The notes: generated by a model not told the origin, from the sequence alone. Counted from the stretch's first letter, positions 17,850-25,858 are shown. The stretch is DNA of 34,539 nt from an uncultured Dehalococcoidia bacterium (GCA_964457045.1 CAYWDP010000003.1:1-34539); one strand, 5' to 3'. A program made the numbers and translations.

Positions 17850-18695
17850 ATGAAGGAAATTCATGTAAATACTATTGTTCAAACCGTAGCCCGCTTATGC
17901 CAGGAAGCAAACTTCTTCCTAGGCAAGGACGTCCTCAAAGCCTTGAGGGAGGCAAGAGATGGCGAGGAATCTCCCGTAGGAAGAGAAACCCTGCAGCAAA
18001 TCCTGCAGAATGCTGACATTGCTGCTAAAGAGCATCTTCCCTTGTGTCAGGATTGCGGCAGCGCTGTGATTTTGCTTAAGGTAGGGCAAAAGGTTAATAT
18101 CAACGGCGGCGATCTCTACGCTGCCGTAGAGGAGGGGGTGCGACAGGGCTATGCGCAGGGATATTTGCGTAAATCGATAGTACACCATCCCTTTTCAACA
18201 AGGATAAACACGAAGGACAACTGCCCTCCCATCATTCAGACCGATATAATGCCTGGTGATCAGCTTAAGATTACAGTGATGCCTAAGGGGGGAGGCTCAG
18301 AGAATATGAGTCGCCTGGCTATGCTTTCGCCAGCGCAAGGCAAGCAGGGGGTAGTTGACTTTGTAGTAAGGGCGGTAGAGGAGGCTGGCAGTAACCCCTG
18401 CCCTCCTGTAATTGCAGGAGTGGGGATAGGTGGCACAGCCGAGAAGGCAATGATGCTAGCCAAAGAAGCCTTATTACGCCCGGTAGGCGAACCGAATCCC
18501 GAACCTGAGATTGCTGAATTGGAAGAAGAGCTTTTACAGCGAATCAATGCCCTAGGCATTGGTCCCCAGGGCTTTGGAGGCAGAACCACTGCCTTGGCAG
18601 TACATATCGAGGTCTTCCCCTGTCATATTGCCAGCCTGCCTGCGGCAGTAAATCTTCAATGCCATAGTGCCCGCCATAAGGAAGCAGTGCTCTAA
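17850..18695 (+). CDS. Class I (Fe-S) fumarate/tartrate hydro-lyase, alpha subunit
   Basis: 281 aa. The CQDCGSAV cysteine motif and overall length match the alpha region of two-subunit hydro-lyases. No beta subunit gene follows. Confidence 0.85.
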   Translation: MKEIHVNTIVQTVARLCQEANFFLGKDVLKALREARDGEESPVGRETLQQILQNADIAAKEHLPLCQDCGSAVILLKVGQKVNINGGDLYAAVEEGVRQGYAQGYLRKSIVHHPFSTRINTKDNCPPIIQTDIMPGDQLKITVMPKGGGSENMSRLAMLSPAQGKQGVVDFVVRAVEEAGSNPCPPVIAGVGIGGTAEKAMMLAKEALLRPVGEPNPEPEIAELEEELLQRINALGIGPQGFGGRTTALAVHIEVFPCHIASLPAAVNLQCHSARHKEAVL

Positions 18696-18699
18696 CAAT

Positions 18700-18728
18700 T
18701 TGACAAAAGGGGTGTGCCATTCTAAAAT
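18700..18728 (+). promoter_or_regulatory. Near-consensus sigma70 promoter of the DUF151 / zinc-ribbon pair
   Basis: TTGACA (18700-18705), a 17-nt spacer, then TAAAAT (18723-18728). AAGGAGG SD precedes the ATG at 18762. Confidence 0.6.
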
Positions 18729-18761
18729 TAGTAGTTGGATTGAAACTAAGGAGGCGGGGAT

Positions 18762-19319
18762 ATGATCGAGATGAGCATTGACAGTATTCGGGTAAGCGTG
18801 ATGAATTCTCAGCGAGTAGTGATATTGAAGGAGAGTAAAGTAGAGCGATATCTCCCCATCTGGATTGGTCCCACTGAGGCAGACGCCATAGCCATAAAAC
18901 TACAGGGCGTCTCTGTCCCCCGACCCTTAACTCATGACCTACTATACTCGGTGATTGATGCTCTAGGAGCAAAGGTGAACTTTATCGTGGTCACTGAGCT
19001 TCGCAACGACACCTTTTATGCAAAGATCAACATTATCATCAATGATCAATATATAGAGATTGATTCTCGCCCTAGCGATGCTATTGCCATTGCTGTAAGG
19101 GCCAAAGCACCCATTTATGCTGAAGAGGAAGTCTTAGATAAAGCCGGAATTGTGTTTGATCAAGAAACAGGTAAACCCGTCCCTAGCGCCCAGGCAACCA
19201 AGCTTGGTGAAAAGGGAGAGGTTAGTGAAGAGGAGCTACGCAAACTTTCAGCCTTCAGTGATTTTATCAATACCCTTGACCTGCAGGACTTGGATAAAGG
19301 CAAACCTGAAGATAAATAG
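18762..19319 (+). CDS. Bifunctional nuclease family protein (DUF151/BFN)
   Basis: 185 aa. VVILKE..RYLPIWIG..EADAI, RPLTHDL, DTFYAKI and DSRPSDAIAIA motifs are typical of DUF151. Confidence 0.8.
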   Translation: MIEMSIDSIRVSVMNSQRVVILKESKVERYLPIWIGPTEADAIAIKLQGVSVPRPLTHDLLYSVIDALGAKVNFIVVTELRNDTFYAKINIIINDQYIEIDSRPSDAIAIAVRAKAPIYAEEEVLDKAGIVFDQETGKPVPSAQATKLGEKGEVSEEELRKLSAFSDFINTLDLQDLDKGKPEDK

Positions 19320-19336
19320 ATTCTAGATATAAGGCA

Positions 19337-19657
19337 ATGGATGAGAGGTTTATTAAGAAGCTGCTCTCCAATATGAAATGTGGGGTTTGTGGTCAGCACT
19401 ATGAACCAGCCAATATCAGCGTTTTGGAACATCGAGAGGATTTATGGTTCCTTTCTGTCTATTGCCCTGGCTGTAAGAGCCAAGGTTTAGTAGCTGCTGT
19501 TATTAGAGAAGGTAAAGTCCCCGAAATAGTCACTGAGCTGACTGAAGTGGAGAAGAGCAAGCTTTCTAAACCAATAGACTCAGACGATCTAATAGATATG
19601 CACACCTTCTTGAAGGATTTCGGCGGCGACTTTTCCTCCCTGTTCTCTAAAAAATAA
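19337..19657 (+). CDS. Hypothetical Cys4 zinc-ribbon protein with acidic C-terminal tail
   Basis: 106 aa. CGVCG...CPGC pairs. 17 nt downstream of the DUF151 gene and followed by a terminator. No family recognised. Confidence 0.6.
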   Translation: MDERFIKKLLSNMKCGVCGQHYEPANISVLEHREDLWFLSVYCPGCKSQGLVAAVIREGKVPEIVTELTEVEKSKLSKPIDSDDLIDMHTFLKDFGGDFSSLFSKK

Positions 19658-19684
19658 AAGGGGAGGCTGTAGATACCTCCCCTT
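19658..19684. terminator. Bidirectional intrinsic terminator between convergent genes
   Basis: AAGGGGAGG-CTGTAGATA-CCTCCCCTT. T-rich runs follow on both strands (TTATCCTTT on plus, TTTTATTTTTT on minus). Confidence 0.65.
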
Positions 19685-19702
19685 TATCCTTTGACTCTTT
19701 CC

Positions 19703-20512
19703 TCAGCCCAACCACCTCTTTCTTCTTCTATAGTGCTTTACCTCCCGATAGCTCTTGGTTTCTCCAACTGCACTAAGCCCCATATAGAATTCTTTTACGT
19801 CGGCGTTCTCACTAAGCTTAGCAGCAGTATCATCGAGGACTATTCTACCATTCTCTATCACGTAGCCATAATCAGCAAGAGAGAGGGCAGCTCGGGCATT
19901 CTGCTCTACAAGGAGCATGGAAACCCTTTCTTCTTCGTTGATCCTTCTCAATATTTGGAAAATTTCTTGCACCAGGAGAGGAGCAAGTCCTAAAGACGGC
20001 TCATCTAAGAGCATAAGCTTTGGATGGGACATTAAGCACCTTCCCACCACTAGCATTTGCTGTTCTCCTCCAGAGAGGTAGCCGCTTGTCTGACCACGAA
20101 GGTCCCTAAGTACAGGGAAGTAATCATAGACCATATCCAGGTCTCTCCTTAATCTAGCACCGTCGCCAGCGATATAAGCCCCTGCCCTCAAATTCTCCTC
20201 CACCGTGAGGTGCTCCAGTACCCTTCTCCCCTCCAGAACCTGAATAATCCCTTTCCTGGCTATCTCTTCTGGGTCTCCATTCTCTATCCTCTTCCCTTCA
20301 AACTCGATGCTCCCATCAGTTACTTTCCCCTCCTCAATCTTAAGCAGCCCTGAAATAGCTTTAAGGGTGGTGGTCTTCCCAGCACCATTACTCCCTAATA
20401 AAGCAACAACACCTCCCTCTTCAACCTGCAAGGAAACCCCCCTTAACACCAAGATAACATCCATATACTTAACCTCAACGTTGTTCAACTGCAATAGCGG
20501 CATAACAATCAC
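19703..20512 (-). CDS. livF: Branched-chain amino acid ABC transporter ATP-binding protein (LivF type)
   Basis: 269 aa. Walker A GSNGAGKTT, signature LSGGEQQ, Walker B LMLLDEP. Basic C-terminal tail. Confidence 0.88.
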   Translation of the reverse strand: MIVMPLLQLNNVEVKYMDVILVLRGVSLQVEEGGVVALLGSNGAGKTTTLKAISGLLKIEEGKVTDGSIEFEGKRIENGDPEEIARKGIIQVLEGRRVLEHLTVEENLRAGAYIAGDGARLRRDLDMVYDYFPVLRDLRGQTSGYLSGGEQQMLVVGRCLMSHPKLMLLDEPSLGLAPLLVQEIFQILRRINEEERVSMLLVEQNARAALSLADYGYVIENGRIVLDDTAAKLSENADVKEFYMGLSAVGETKSYREVKHYRRRKRWLG

Positions 20513-21309
20513 CTCCCCTCTGCTGGGGCAGCTATTTCCTCACCTAGATAAGCCTTAATGACCACCGGGTCACGCTTTATCTCCTCAGGAAGCCCCTCAG
20601 CGATCTTTCGCCCAAAATCGATGACCATTATCCTATCCGTTATATCCATAACCACACCCATATCATGCTCAATAAGCACAATAGTAATCCCCCTCTCCTC
20701 CTGCACGTCCAAAATAAACCTCGCCATATCTTCTTTTTCTTCTACATTCATCCCCGCCATAGGTTCATCCAAAAGCAGCAGCTTCGGCTCCTGAGCCAGT
20801 GCCCTTCCTAAATCAATTCGCTTACGTATTCCATAGGGGAGAGCCCCCACCACTGACTTCCTCCACCGCTCTATTTCCAGGAAATCAATAATCTCCTCCA
20901 CTACCTTCCGATGTTTGATTTCCTCACTGTGCGACCTTCCAAAGTAGAGAGCTCCTTCCAGCCAACTAGATTTGAAAAGGAAATGCCTGGCTGCCATCAA
21001 GTTATCCACCACGGTTAGTCCAGTATAAAGCTGAATATTCTGGAAGGTTCTGCTTATCCCAAGCTGGGCAATCTTGTCCGGTCGGAGCTTGGTGATCCTT
21101 TGCCCCTCAAAGTAGATTTCCCCTTTCTGAGCACGGTAGAAGCCGTTTATGCAGTTCAAAGTACAGGTCTTCCCGGCGCCATTGGGTCCAATGATAGAAA
21201 AGATTTCCCCCTCCCTGACCTCAAAACCGATCTCTTCTAGGGCTTTGACACCTCCAAAGCGAAGATGGAGGTCTTCAATCTTTAGCTTAAGCTTATCGCC
21301 ACCTTCCAT
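20509..21309 (-). CDS. livG: Branched-chain amino acid ABC transporter ATP-binding protein (LivG type)
   Basis: 266 aa. Walker A GPNGAGKT, Walker B LLLLDEP and a LivG-type C-terminus (VIKAYLGEE). 4-nt overlap with livF. Confidence 0.88.
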   Translation of the reverse strand: MEGGDKLKLKIEDLHLRFGGVKALEEIGFEVREGEIFSIIGPNGAGKTCTLNCINGFYRAQKGEIYFEGQRITKLRPDKIAQLGISRTFQNIQLYTGLTVVDNLMAARHFLFKSSWLEGALYFGRSHSEEIKHRKVVEEIIDFLEIERWRKSVVGALPYGIRKRIDLGRALAQEPKLLLLDEPMAGMNVEEKEDMARFILDVQEERGITIVLIEHDMGVVMDITDRIMVIDFGRKIAEGLPEEIKRDPVVIKAYLGEEIAAPAEGR

Positions 21310-21371
21310 ATCTTGCTCCTTGTAATAATAAATAATCTAAAAGCTCATGTCCATCTTTAAAATTGTAGTAA

Positions 21372-21400
21372 ATTGTAGTTAACCCAGCAACCAAAGTCAA
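21372..21400 (-). promoter_or_regulatory. Putative sigma70 promoter of livG-livF
   Basis: The minus strand reads TTGACT (21400-21395), a 17-nt spacer, then TACAAT (21377-21372). The -10 lies in the first unit of a tandem 10-mer ACTACAATTT x2 (21379-21360). Confidence 0.55.
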
Positions 21401-21462
21401 GCCACAAACTGAGAAGGATGGCTGGGATCTGCTTGAACTTAAATAGGACAAGGAACTCTTTT

Positions 21463-22740
21463 TCACTTCACCTGCCTTGGCTGATGGATCCTTCTTCTAA
21501 GCCGCGTTACCACCTCCTCCAAGGGAAATTCCACTTGCTCCCCCTTCATCATATCCCTCAACACGGCGCTACCCCTCTTTATCTCTTCCTCCCCGATAAT
21601 TATGGCTTGAGGCACCCTTAGGGCGTTTGCCTGCTTTAGCTGCGCTTTCAGGCTTCTACCCCCCAAGGCAAGGGTAACTCCCATGCCAGCTTGGCGCAAT
21701 CTGGGAACTAGCTTTATTGCTTCCTTCTTTGCCTCCTCACCCAGGTAAGCCACGTAGACCTTCGCACCAGGGATGGGTAGTAGCTCAATGCCTTGCCTCC
21801 GTACATTGAGGATAATCCGTTCTATACCAGTGGCAAAACCAATGGCGGGGGTGGGTCTCCCCCCCAACTCCTCAATGAGGTTATCGTAGCGTCCCCCACC
21901 CCCAAGGGTGCTTTGCGCCCCTCCCCCCTCAGGCTGAATCTCAAATACAGTTCTGGTGTAATAATCTAAACCCCGCACCAAATAAGCATTTACCTCGTAG
22001 GGTATCCAAAGGTATCCAAGGTACTCTTTAAGGGCATCAAAGTGACTACTACACTCGTGGCAAAGATGCCCCAAAATTTGAGGAGCTCCCTTAGCAATTT
22101 CCTGGCAGGAAGGCTTCTTGCAGTCTAGCAAGCGTAAGGGGGTTCGCACTAACCTGGCCTTACAATCTCGGCATAGGGATTGGCTAAAGCCTGTGTAATA
22201 TTGCTTAAGGCTTTGCAGATACCCTGGTCGGCAATTTCGGCACCCAATACTATTAAGCTGAAGGATCAACCTCTTTAACCCCAGTGAAGCATAGAGATGC
22301 CATGCCATATCAATGACTTCAGCATCCAAGGCTGGGTCTGCATCGCCTATAGCTTCGAAGCCGAATTGTTGATGTTGGCGGTATCTTCCCGCCTGAGGTC
22401 TTTCATATCTAAAGATGGGACCGAAATAATAAAGCCTTACTGGCTGGGGCAGGTTGTACATCCCATGCTCGATATAGGCACGGCAGACTGGCGCCGTGCC
22501 CTCAGGGCGCAAGGTCATTTTCACACCACCGTGGTCCTCAAAGGTGTACATCTGCTTTTCTACAATATCGGTCCCCTCACCCACGCTATGGTAAAACAGC
22601 CCCGTCTGCTCAAAGACAGGGGTATCAATACGCTGATATCCATAAAGTTGGCAAATTTGGCACGCCTTTTCCTCCACAAATCTCCAGTAAGCCTGTTCTT
22701 GGGGCAAGATATCTGTGGTGCCTCTTGGTGCCTTATACAA
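21463..22740 (-). CDS. hisS: Histidine--tRNA ligase
   Basis: Class II motifs and a YKAPRGTTDILP N-terminus. The ORF is open to an ATG at 22767. However, the TTG at 22740 sits 7 nt after GAGGAG, and a TTGACT-17-TATGCT promoter overlaps the upstream ATG. Start choice is uncertain. Confidence 0.9.
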   Translation of the reverse strand: MYKAPRGTTDILPQEQAYWRFVEEKACQICQLYGYQRIDTPVFEQTGLFYHSVGEGTDIVEKQMYTFEDHGGVKMTLRPEGTAPVCRAYIEHGMYNLPQPVRLYYFGPIFRYERPQAGRYRQHQQFGFEAIGDADPALDAEVIDMAWHLYASLGLKRLILQLNSIGCRNCRPGYLQSLKQYYTGFSQSLCRDCKARLVRTPLRLLDCKKPSCQEIAKGAPQILGHLCHECSSHFDALKEYLGYLWIPYEVNAYLVRGLDYYTRTVFEIQPEGGGAQSTLGGGGRYDNLIEELGGRPTPAIGFATGIERIILNVRRQGIELLPIPGAKVYVAYLGEEAKKEAIKLVPRLRQAGMGVTLALGGRSLKAQLKQANALRVPQAIIIGEEEIKRGSAVLRDMMKGEQVEFPLEEVVTRLRRRIHQPRQVK

Positions 22741-22762
22741 CTGAAATCTCCTCACTTTGGCT

Positions 22763-22791
22763 AGCATACCTTTGCAGATTTAGTAAGTCAA
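22763..22791 (-). promoter_or_regulatory. Putative sigma70 promoter of hisS
   Basis: The minus strand reads TTGACT (22791-22786), a 17-nt spacer, then TATGCT (22768-22763). Confidence 0.4.
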
Positions 22792-22886
22792 GCTTAGCTC
22801 CAGTATTGATATTGGTCCCTTCTTTTGCTATCCTTATCATGCTGTGAAGCCCGCTAATTATGCTGGAGGTTGATTAAAGATGTAAT

Positions 22887-22927
22887 GCAGGTCTTTAGAC
22901 CTGCCTAAAGCTCCGATAAATCGGAGC
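22887..22927. repeat. Two adjacent hairpins (TTTA loop and ATAAAT loop) in the divergent hisS / acyl-CoA dehydrogenase region
   Basis: GCAGGTC-TTTA-GACCTGC (22887-22904), then 5 nt, then GCTCCG-ATAAAT-CGGAGC (22910-22927). Confidence 0.8.
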
Positions 22928-22996
22928 GCTACAAAGTTTGGGTGAAGCTTCAGAAATGCTCAAAATTATTTAGCCTTCTAAGATTAAGGGGGTGAA

Positions 22997-24127
22997 TTGG
23001 ATCTAGATCTTTCGGAAGACCAGAAAATGCTGAGAACAATAGCCCGAGACTTCCTGGCCAAGGAGTGCCCCAAGCAATTTGTTCGGGAAATGGAAATGGA
23101 TGAAAGGGGTTATTCACCCCAGCTATGGCTTAAGATGGCGCAACTGGGATGGCTGGGGCTGCCCTTCCCTGAGAGATATGGAGGTGGAGGTGGAAGTTTT
23201 CTCGATCTGGTGGTGTTACTGGAGGAGATGGGTCGCGCTTGCTTGCCTGGTCCCTTTCTTTCCAGCGTAGTTCTCGGTGGCTTGCCAATTCTAGCCGCGG
23301 GTAGCGAGGAACAAAAGCAGCAGTTCCTGCCAGCAATAGCCCAGGGAAAGATCTTCACCCTTGCCTTAACGGAAGCCGATGGCAGCTATGAGGCTGCCTC
23401 AATCAAAACCAGGGCTACCCCCGATAAAGACGATTATATTATTAGTGGAACCAAGCTCTTTGTTCCTGATGCTCATATTGCTGACTACCTGCTTTGCCCG
23501 GCTAGGACTAAGGAAAGCTTGTCCGGAGACGAAGGGCTGAGCCTTTTCATCATAGACGCCAAAAGCCAAGGTATCAGCTATACTCCACTTATCACTATTG
23601 CCAGCGATAAGCAGTGCGAGGTGGTATTTGATGAGGTTAGAGTGCCCATAACAGACATATTAGGTGCGCTGGATGAAGGGTGGTGGGTAGTAGAAAAGAC
23701 TTTGCAATATGCTGCCATAGCTCAGTGTGCTGAGATGGTGGGGGCAGCCCAGCAGGTTCTGGAGATGAGCGTAGACTATGCCAAGCAAAGGGTGCAGTTT
23801 GATCGCCCTATAGGCAGTTTCCAGGCTATTCAGCACCACTGTGCCAATATGCTGATCGATATTGATGGCATGAGATACCTCACCTACCAGGCAGCCTGGT
23901 TACTCAGCGAAGGTCTTCCCGCCGCTAAAGAAGTAGCTATGGCTAAGGCATGGGTTAGTCAAGCCATCAGGCGAGTTACTGCTTTGGGACATCAAATCCA
24001 CAGTGGCGTAGGCTATACCATGGACCACGATCTGCAGCTCTACTTCAGGAGAGGTAAAGCAGCTGAGGTTATCTTTGGTGATGCCAACTTCCACCGGGAG
24101 CTGATAGCCAGCCAATTGGGTCTTTAG
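22997..24127 (+). CDS. Acyl-CoA dehydrogenase family protein
   Basis: 376 aa. MDLDLSEDQKMLR N-terminus, typical ACAD three-domain length and a C-terminal helical domain. TTG start after GGGGGTG. Confidence 0.88.
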   Translation: MDLDLSEDQKMLRTIARDFLAKECPKQFVREMEMDERGYSPQLWLKMAQLGWLGLPFPERYGGGGGSFLDLVVLLEEMGRACLPGPFLSSVVLGGLPILAAGSEEQKQQFLPAIAQGKIFTLALTEADGSYEAASIKTRATPDKDDYIISGTKLFVPDAHIADYLLCPARTKESLSGDEGLSLFIIDAKSQGISYTPLITIASDKQCEVVFDEVRVPITDILGALDEGWWVVEKTLQYAAIAQCAEMVGAAQQVLEMSVDYAKQRVQFDRPIGSFQAIQHHCANMLIDIDGMRYLTYQAAWLLSEGLPAAKEVAMAKAWVSQAIRRVTALGHQIHSGVGYTMDHDLQLYFRRGKAAEVIFGDANFHRELIASQLGL

Positions 24128-24475
24128 ATGGCAAAGGAGTGTGTCTTTTGCAATATCGTAGCTGGCAAGGTGCCAGCTACCATTCTCCATCAGGATGACA
24201 AGGTCATTGCTTTCCGGGACATTAGTCCCCAGGCGCCCACCCACCTCCTGGTGATACCTAAAGAGCATATGCCTTCTCTAGCTGAGCTCGATGCAGGGCA
24301 AAAGGGAATCCTTGCTCATTTGATTTCTGTGGCTAAGGAACTAGCCAAAAGGGAAGGGGTAGCTGAAAGGGGATACCGCTTGGTGATAAATTGCGGGCGT
24401 GAGGGGGGACAGGTGGTGCCTCACCTCCACCTCCATCTCCTCGGTGGTCGGCAACTATCAGGAATTATGGGGTAA
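24128..24475 (+). CDS. HIT family (histidine triad) nucleotide hydrolase
   Basis: 115 aa. CVFCNI N-terminus and the histidine triad HLHLHLLGG. The start abuts the upstream stop (TAGATG). Confidence 0.9.
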   Translation: MAKECVFCNIVAGKVPATILHQDDKVIAFRDISPQAPTHLLVIPKEHMPSLAELDAGQKGILAHLISVAKELAKREGVAERGYRLVINCGREGGQVVPHLHLHLLGGRQLSGIMG

Positions 24476-24504
24476 AACAGACCTCAACTACAATAGATAT
24501 CCAA

Positions 24505-25332
24505 ATGAACTTCACAGACAAACTTCTTCAAGCAATGCACAGAAATAATAGCCTTCTTTGCCTTGGGCTTGACCCTGACCCTGAGTTGATGCCGCAGGTG
24601 GGCGTCTTCAAGTTCAATAAGGCGATTATCGACGCTACCTCAGATATAGTATGCGCCTACAAACCAAACCTTGCCTTCTACGAGGCTTTAGGCATCGATG
24701 GTCTTACTGCACTGCAAAAGACTATAAACTATATACCCGACCATATCCCTGTCATCGGCGATGCCAAGCGCAGTGACATTGGGCATACCGCTCGGGCTTA
24801 TGCTAAAGCCCTGTTTGAAACCCTCGGCTTTGACGCTGCTACAGTGAATCCCTATTTAGGCTATGACTCTATAGAGCCCTTTATCAGCTATGTAGATAAG
24901 GCGACATTCATCCTTTGTCGCACCTCCAATCCCGGAGCCCTCGATTTCCAAGCTTTGTCCTACTGGTCAGGAAGGGCAGGAGATGAGCAGCAGTCTCTAT
25001 TTAAGCTAGTAGCCCAGAAGGCTAAAGAGTGGAATGAAAACAATAACATAGGCCTAGTGGTGGGAGCCACCTATCCTCAAGAATTGAAAGAGATTAGGCA
25101 GCTCTGCCCCGAGATGACGTTGCTCATACCGGGCATCGGGGCACAAGGAGGAGACCTAGCTTCGGCAGTCCGCTATGGGGTAGATGCTCAGGGGAAGAAG
25201 GCGATCTTCAGCAGCTCCAGGCAAATCCTCTATGCCTCAAGGGGGGGCAATTTTGCTCAGGCAGCTCGGCAGGCTGCTGATGAGCTGCGCTGCCAGATCA
25301 ATTCCCTTCTCCCTAGTTCATCCGCCGAGTAA
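24505..25332 (+). CDS. pyrF: Orotidine 5'-phosphate decarboxylase (long, type 2 form)
   Basis: 275 aa. [16 protein letters not shown] and GDAKRSDIG motifs. Confidence 0.9.
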   Translation: MNFTDKLLQAMHRNNSLLCLGLDPDPELMPQVGVFKFNKAIIDATSDIVCAYKPNLAFYEALGIDGLTALQKTINYIPDHIPVIGDAKRSDIGHTARAYAKALFETLGFDAATVNPYLGYDSIEPFISYVDKATFILCRTSNPGALDFQALSYWSGRAGDEQQSLFKLVAQKAKEWNENNNIGLVVGATYPQELKEIRQLCPEMTLLIPGIGAQGGDLASAVRYGVDAQGKKAIFSSSRQILYASRGGNFAQAARQAADELRCQINSLLPSSSAE

Positions 25333-25342
25333 AAAAGTAGTT

Positions 25343-25370
25343 GCCCCCCGATATATCGGGGGGCGGTTTT
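25343..25370 (+). terminator. Probable intrinsic terminator after pyrF
   Basis: GCCCCCCG-ATATAT-CGGGGGGC stem-loop followed by GGTTTT. Confidence 0.5.
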
Positions 25371-25409
25371 GCCTGATAAATCAGGCAACTACAGAAATCT
25401 TTTGGGAGG
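25371..25409 (+). repeat. ATAAAT-loop hairpin plus conserved tail upstream of the DUF951 gene
   Basis: GCCTG-ATAAAT-CAGGC then AACTACAGAAATCTTTTGGGAGG. The 3' arm extends to GGCAACTAC, which is complementary to GTAGTTGCC at 25337-25345. Confidence 0.75.
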
Positions 25410-25417
25410 CAGTGGAG

Positions 25418-25639
25418 GTGGAAGTTAGATTGGGCGATGTGGTACAACTAAAGAAACCGCACCCTTGCGGTAGCTATGAGTGGGAGGTAGTCAGGGTAGG
25501 GGCTGATATCGGTATCAAGTGCCTGAAGTGCCATCACAGGGTGCTGCTTGAGCGCGGGGTTTTGGAGCAACGGCTCAAGGGAATTCAAAATGTAAAAAGA
25601 AAAGGTCAAAATTTAATTTTTACACACAGGAGCTGCTAG
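25418..25639 (+). CDS. DUF951 family small protein
   Basis: [44 protein letters not shown] matches the DUF951 pattern. GTG start 8 nt after GGGAGG. The 151-aa track ORF from 25184 is an out-of-frame read-through of the pyrF 3' end. The last ~15 codons lie in direct-repeat copy 1. Confidence 0.75.
   Translation: MEVRLGDVVQLKKPHPCGSYEWEVVRVGADIGIKCLKCHHRVLLERGVLEQRLKGIQNVKRKGQNLIFTHRSC
25579..25621 (+). repeat. Direct repeat copy 1 (GGGAATTC..AAAATG.AAAA.GAAAAGGTCAAAATTTAATTTTT)
   Basis: The 23-nt core 25599-25621 is identical to 26237-26259. The flanks align with two substitutions (t25593 vs c26231; a25598 vs t26236) and one 2-nt indel. Confidence 0.85.
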
Positions 25640-25694
25640 AACTGTTCAGGAATAACCCCTACGCTAGGGAGATAGTAAGGAGGGTTAAAGGCAG

Positions 25695-25858
25695 ATGACT
25701 ACACCTTGGGGAATGATACACGCTAGAGAGAGGCTGAGGAAGCTCGACACCGAGTATATGAACTGGAGAAGAGGATAGAGGATGCACTTCACTACCTAAA
25801 GATGCATGAGGTCGAGAAGGCTATCGAGGTCTTGGAGGGTAGGCAGGAGAAGGCTTGA
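25695..25858 (+). pseudogene. Possible frameshifted small helical-protein gene
   Basis: An ATG at 25695 sits 10 nt after AAGGAGGG and opens a 27-codon ORF ending at 25778. A second frame is open from ~25724 to the TGA at 25856-25858 and encodes ELEKRIEDALHYLKMHEVEKAIEVLEGRQEKA without a start codon. Confidence 0.25.

Noticed and set aside
21360-21379. Tandem 10-mer AAATTGTAGT x2 as a regulator-binding direct repeat
   Set aside because: It is most simply a duplication of the -10 hexamer (TACAAT on the minus strand) of the livG promoter. No further evidence supports an operator.
23170-23200. GGAGGTGGAGGTGGAAG low-complexity run
   Set aside because: It is in-frame coding sequence for a GGGGGS loop of the acyl-CoA dehydrogenase, not a repeat element.
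25184-25417. N-terminal 78 codons of the 151-aa track ORF
   Set aside because: This part is an alternative frame of the pyrF 3' end plus the terminator and hairpin region. The DUF951 homology starts only at VEVRLGD, where an RBS and GTG are present.
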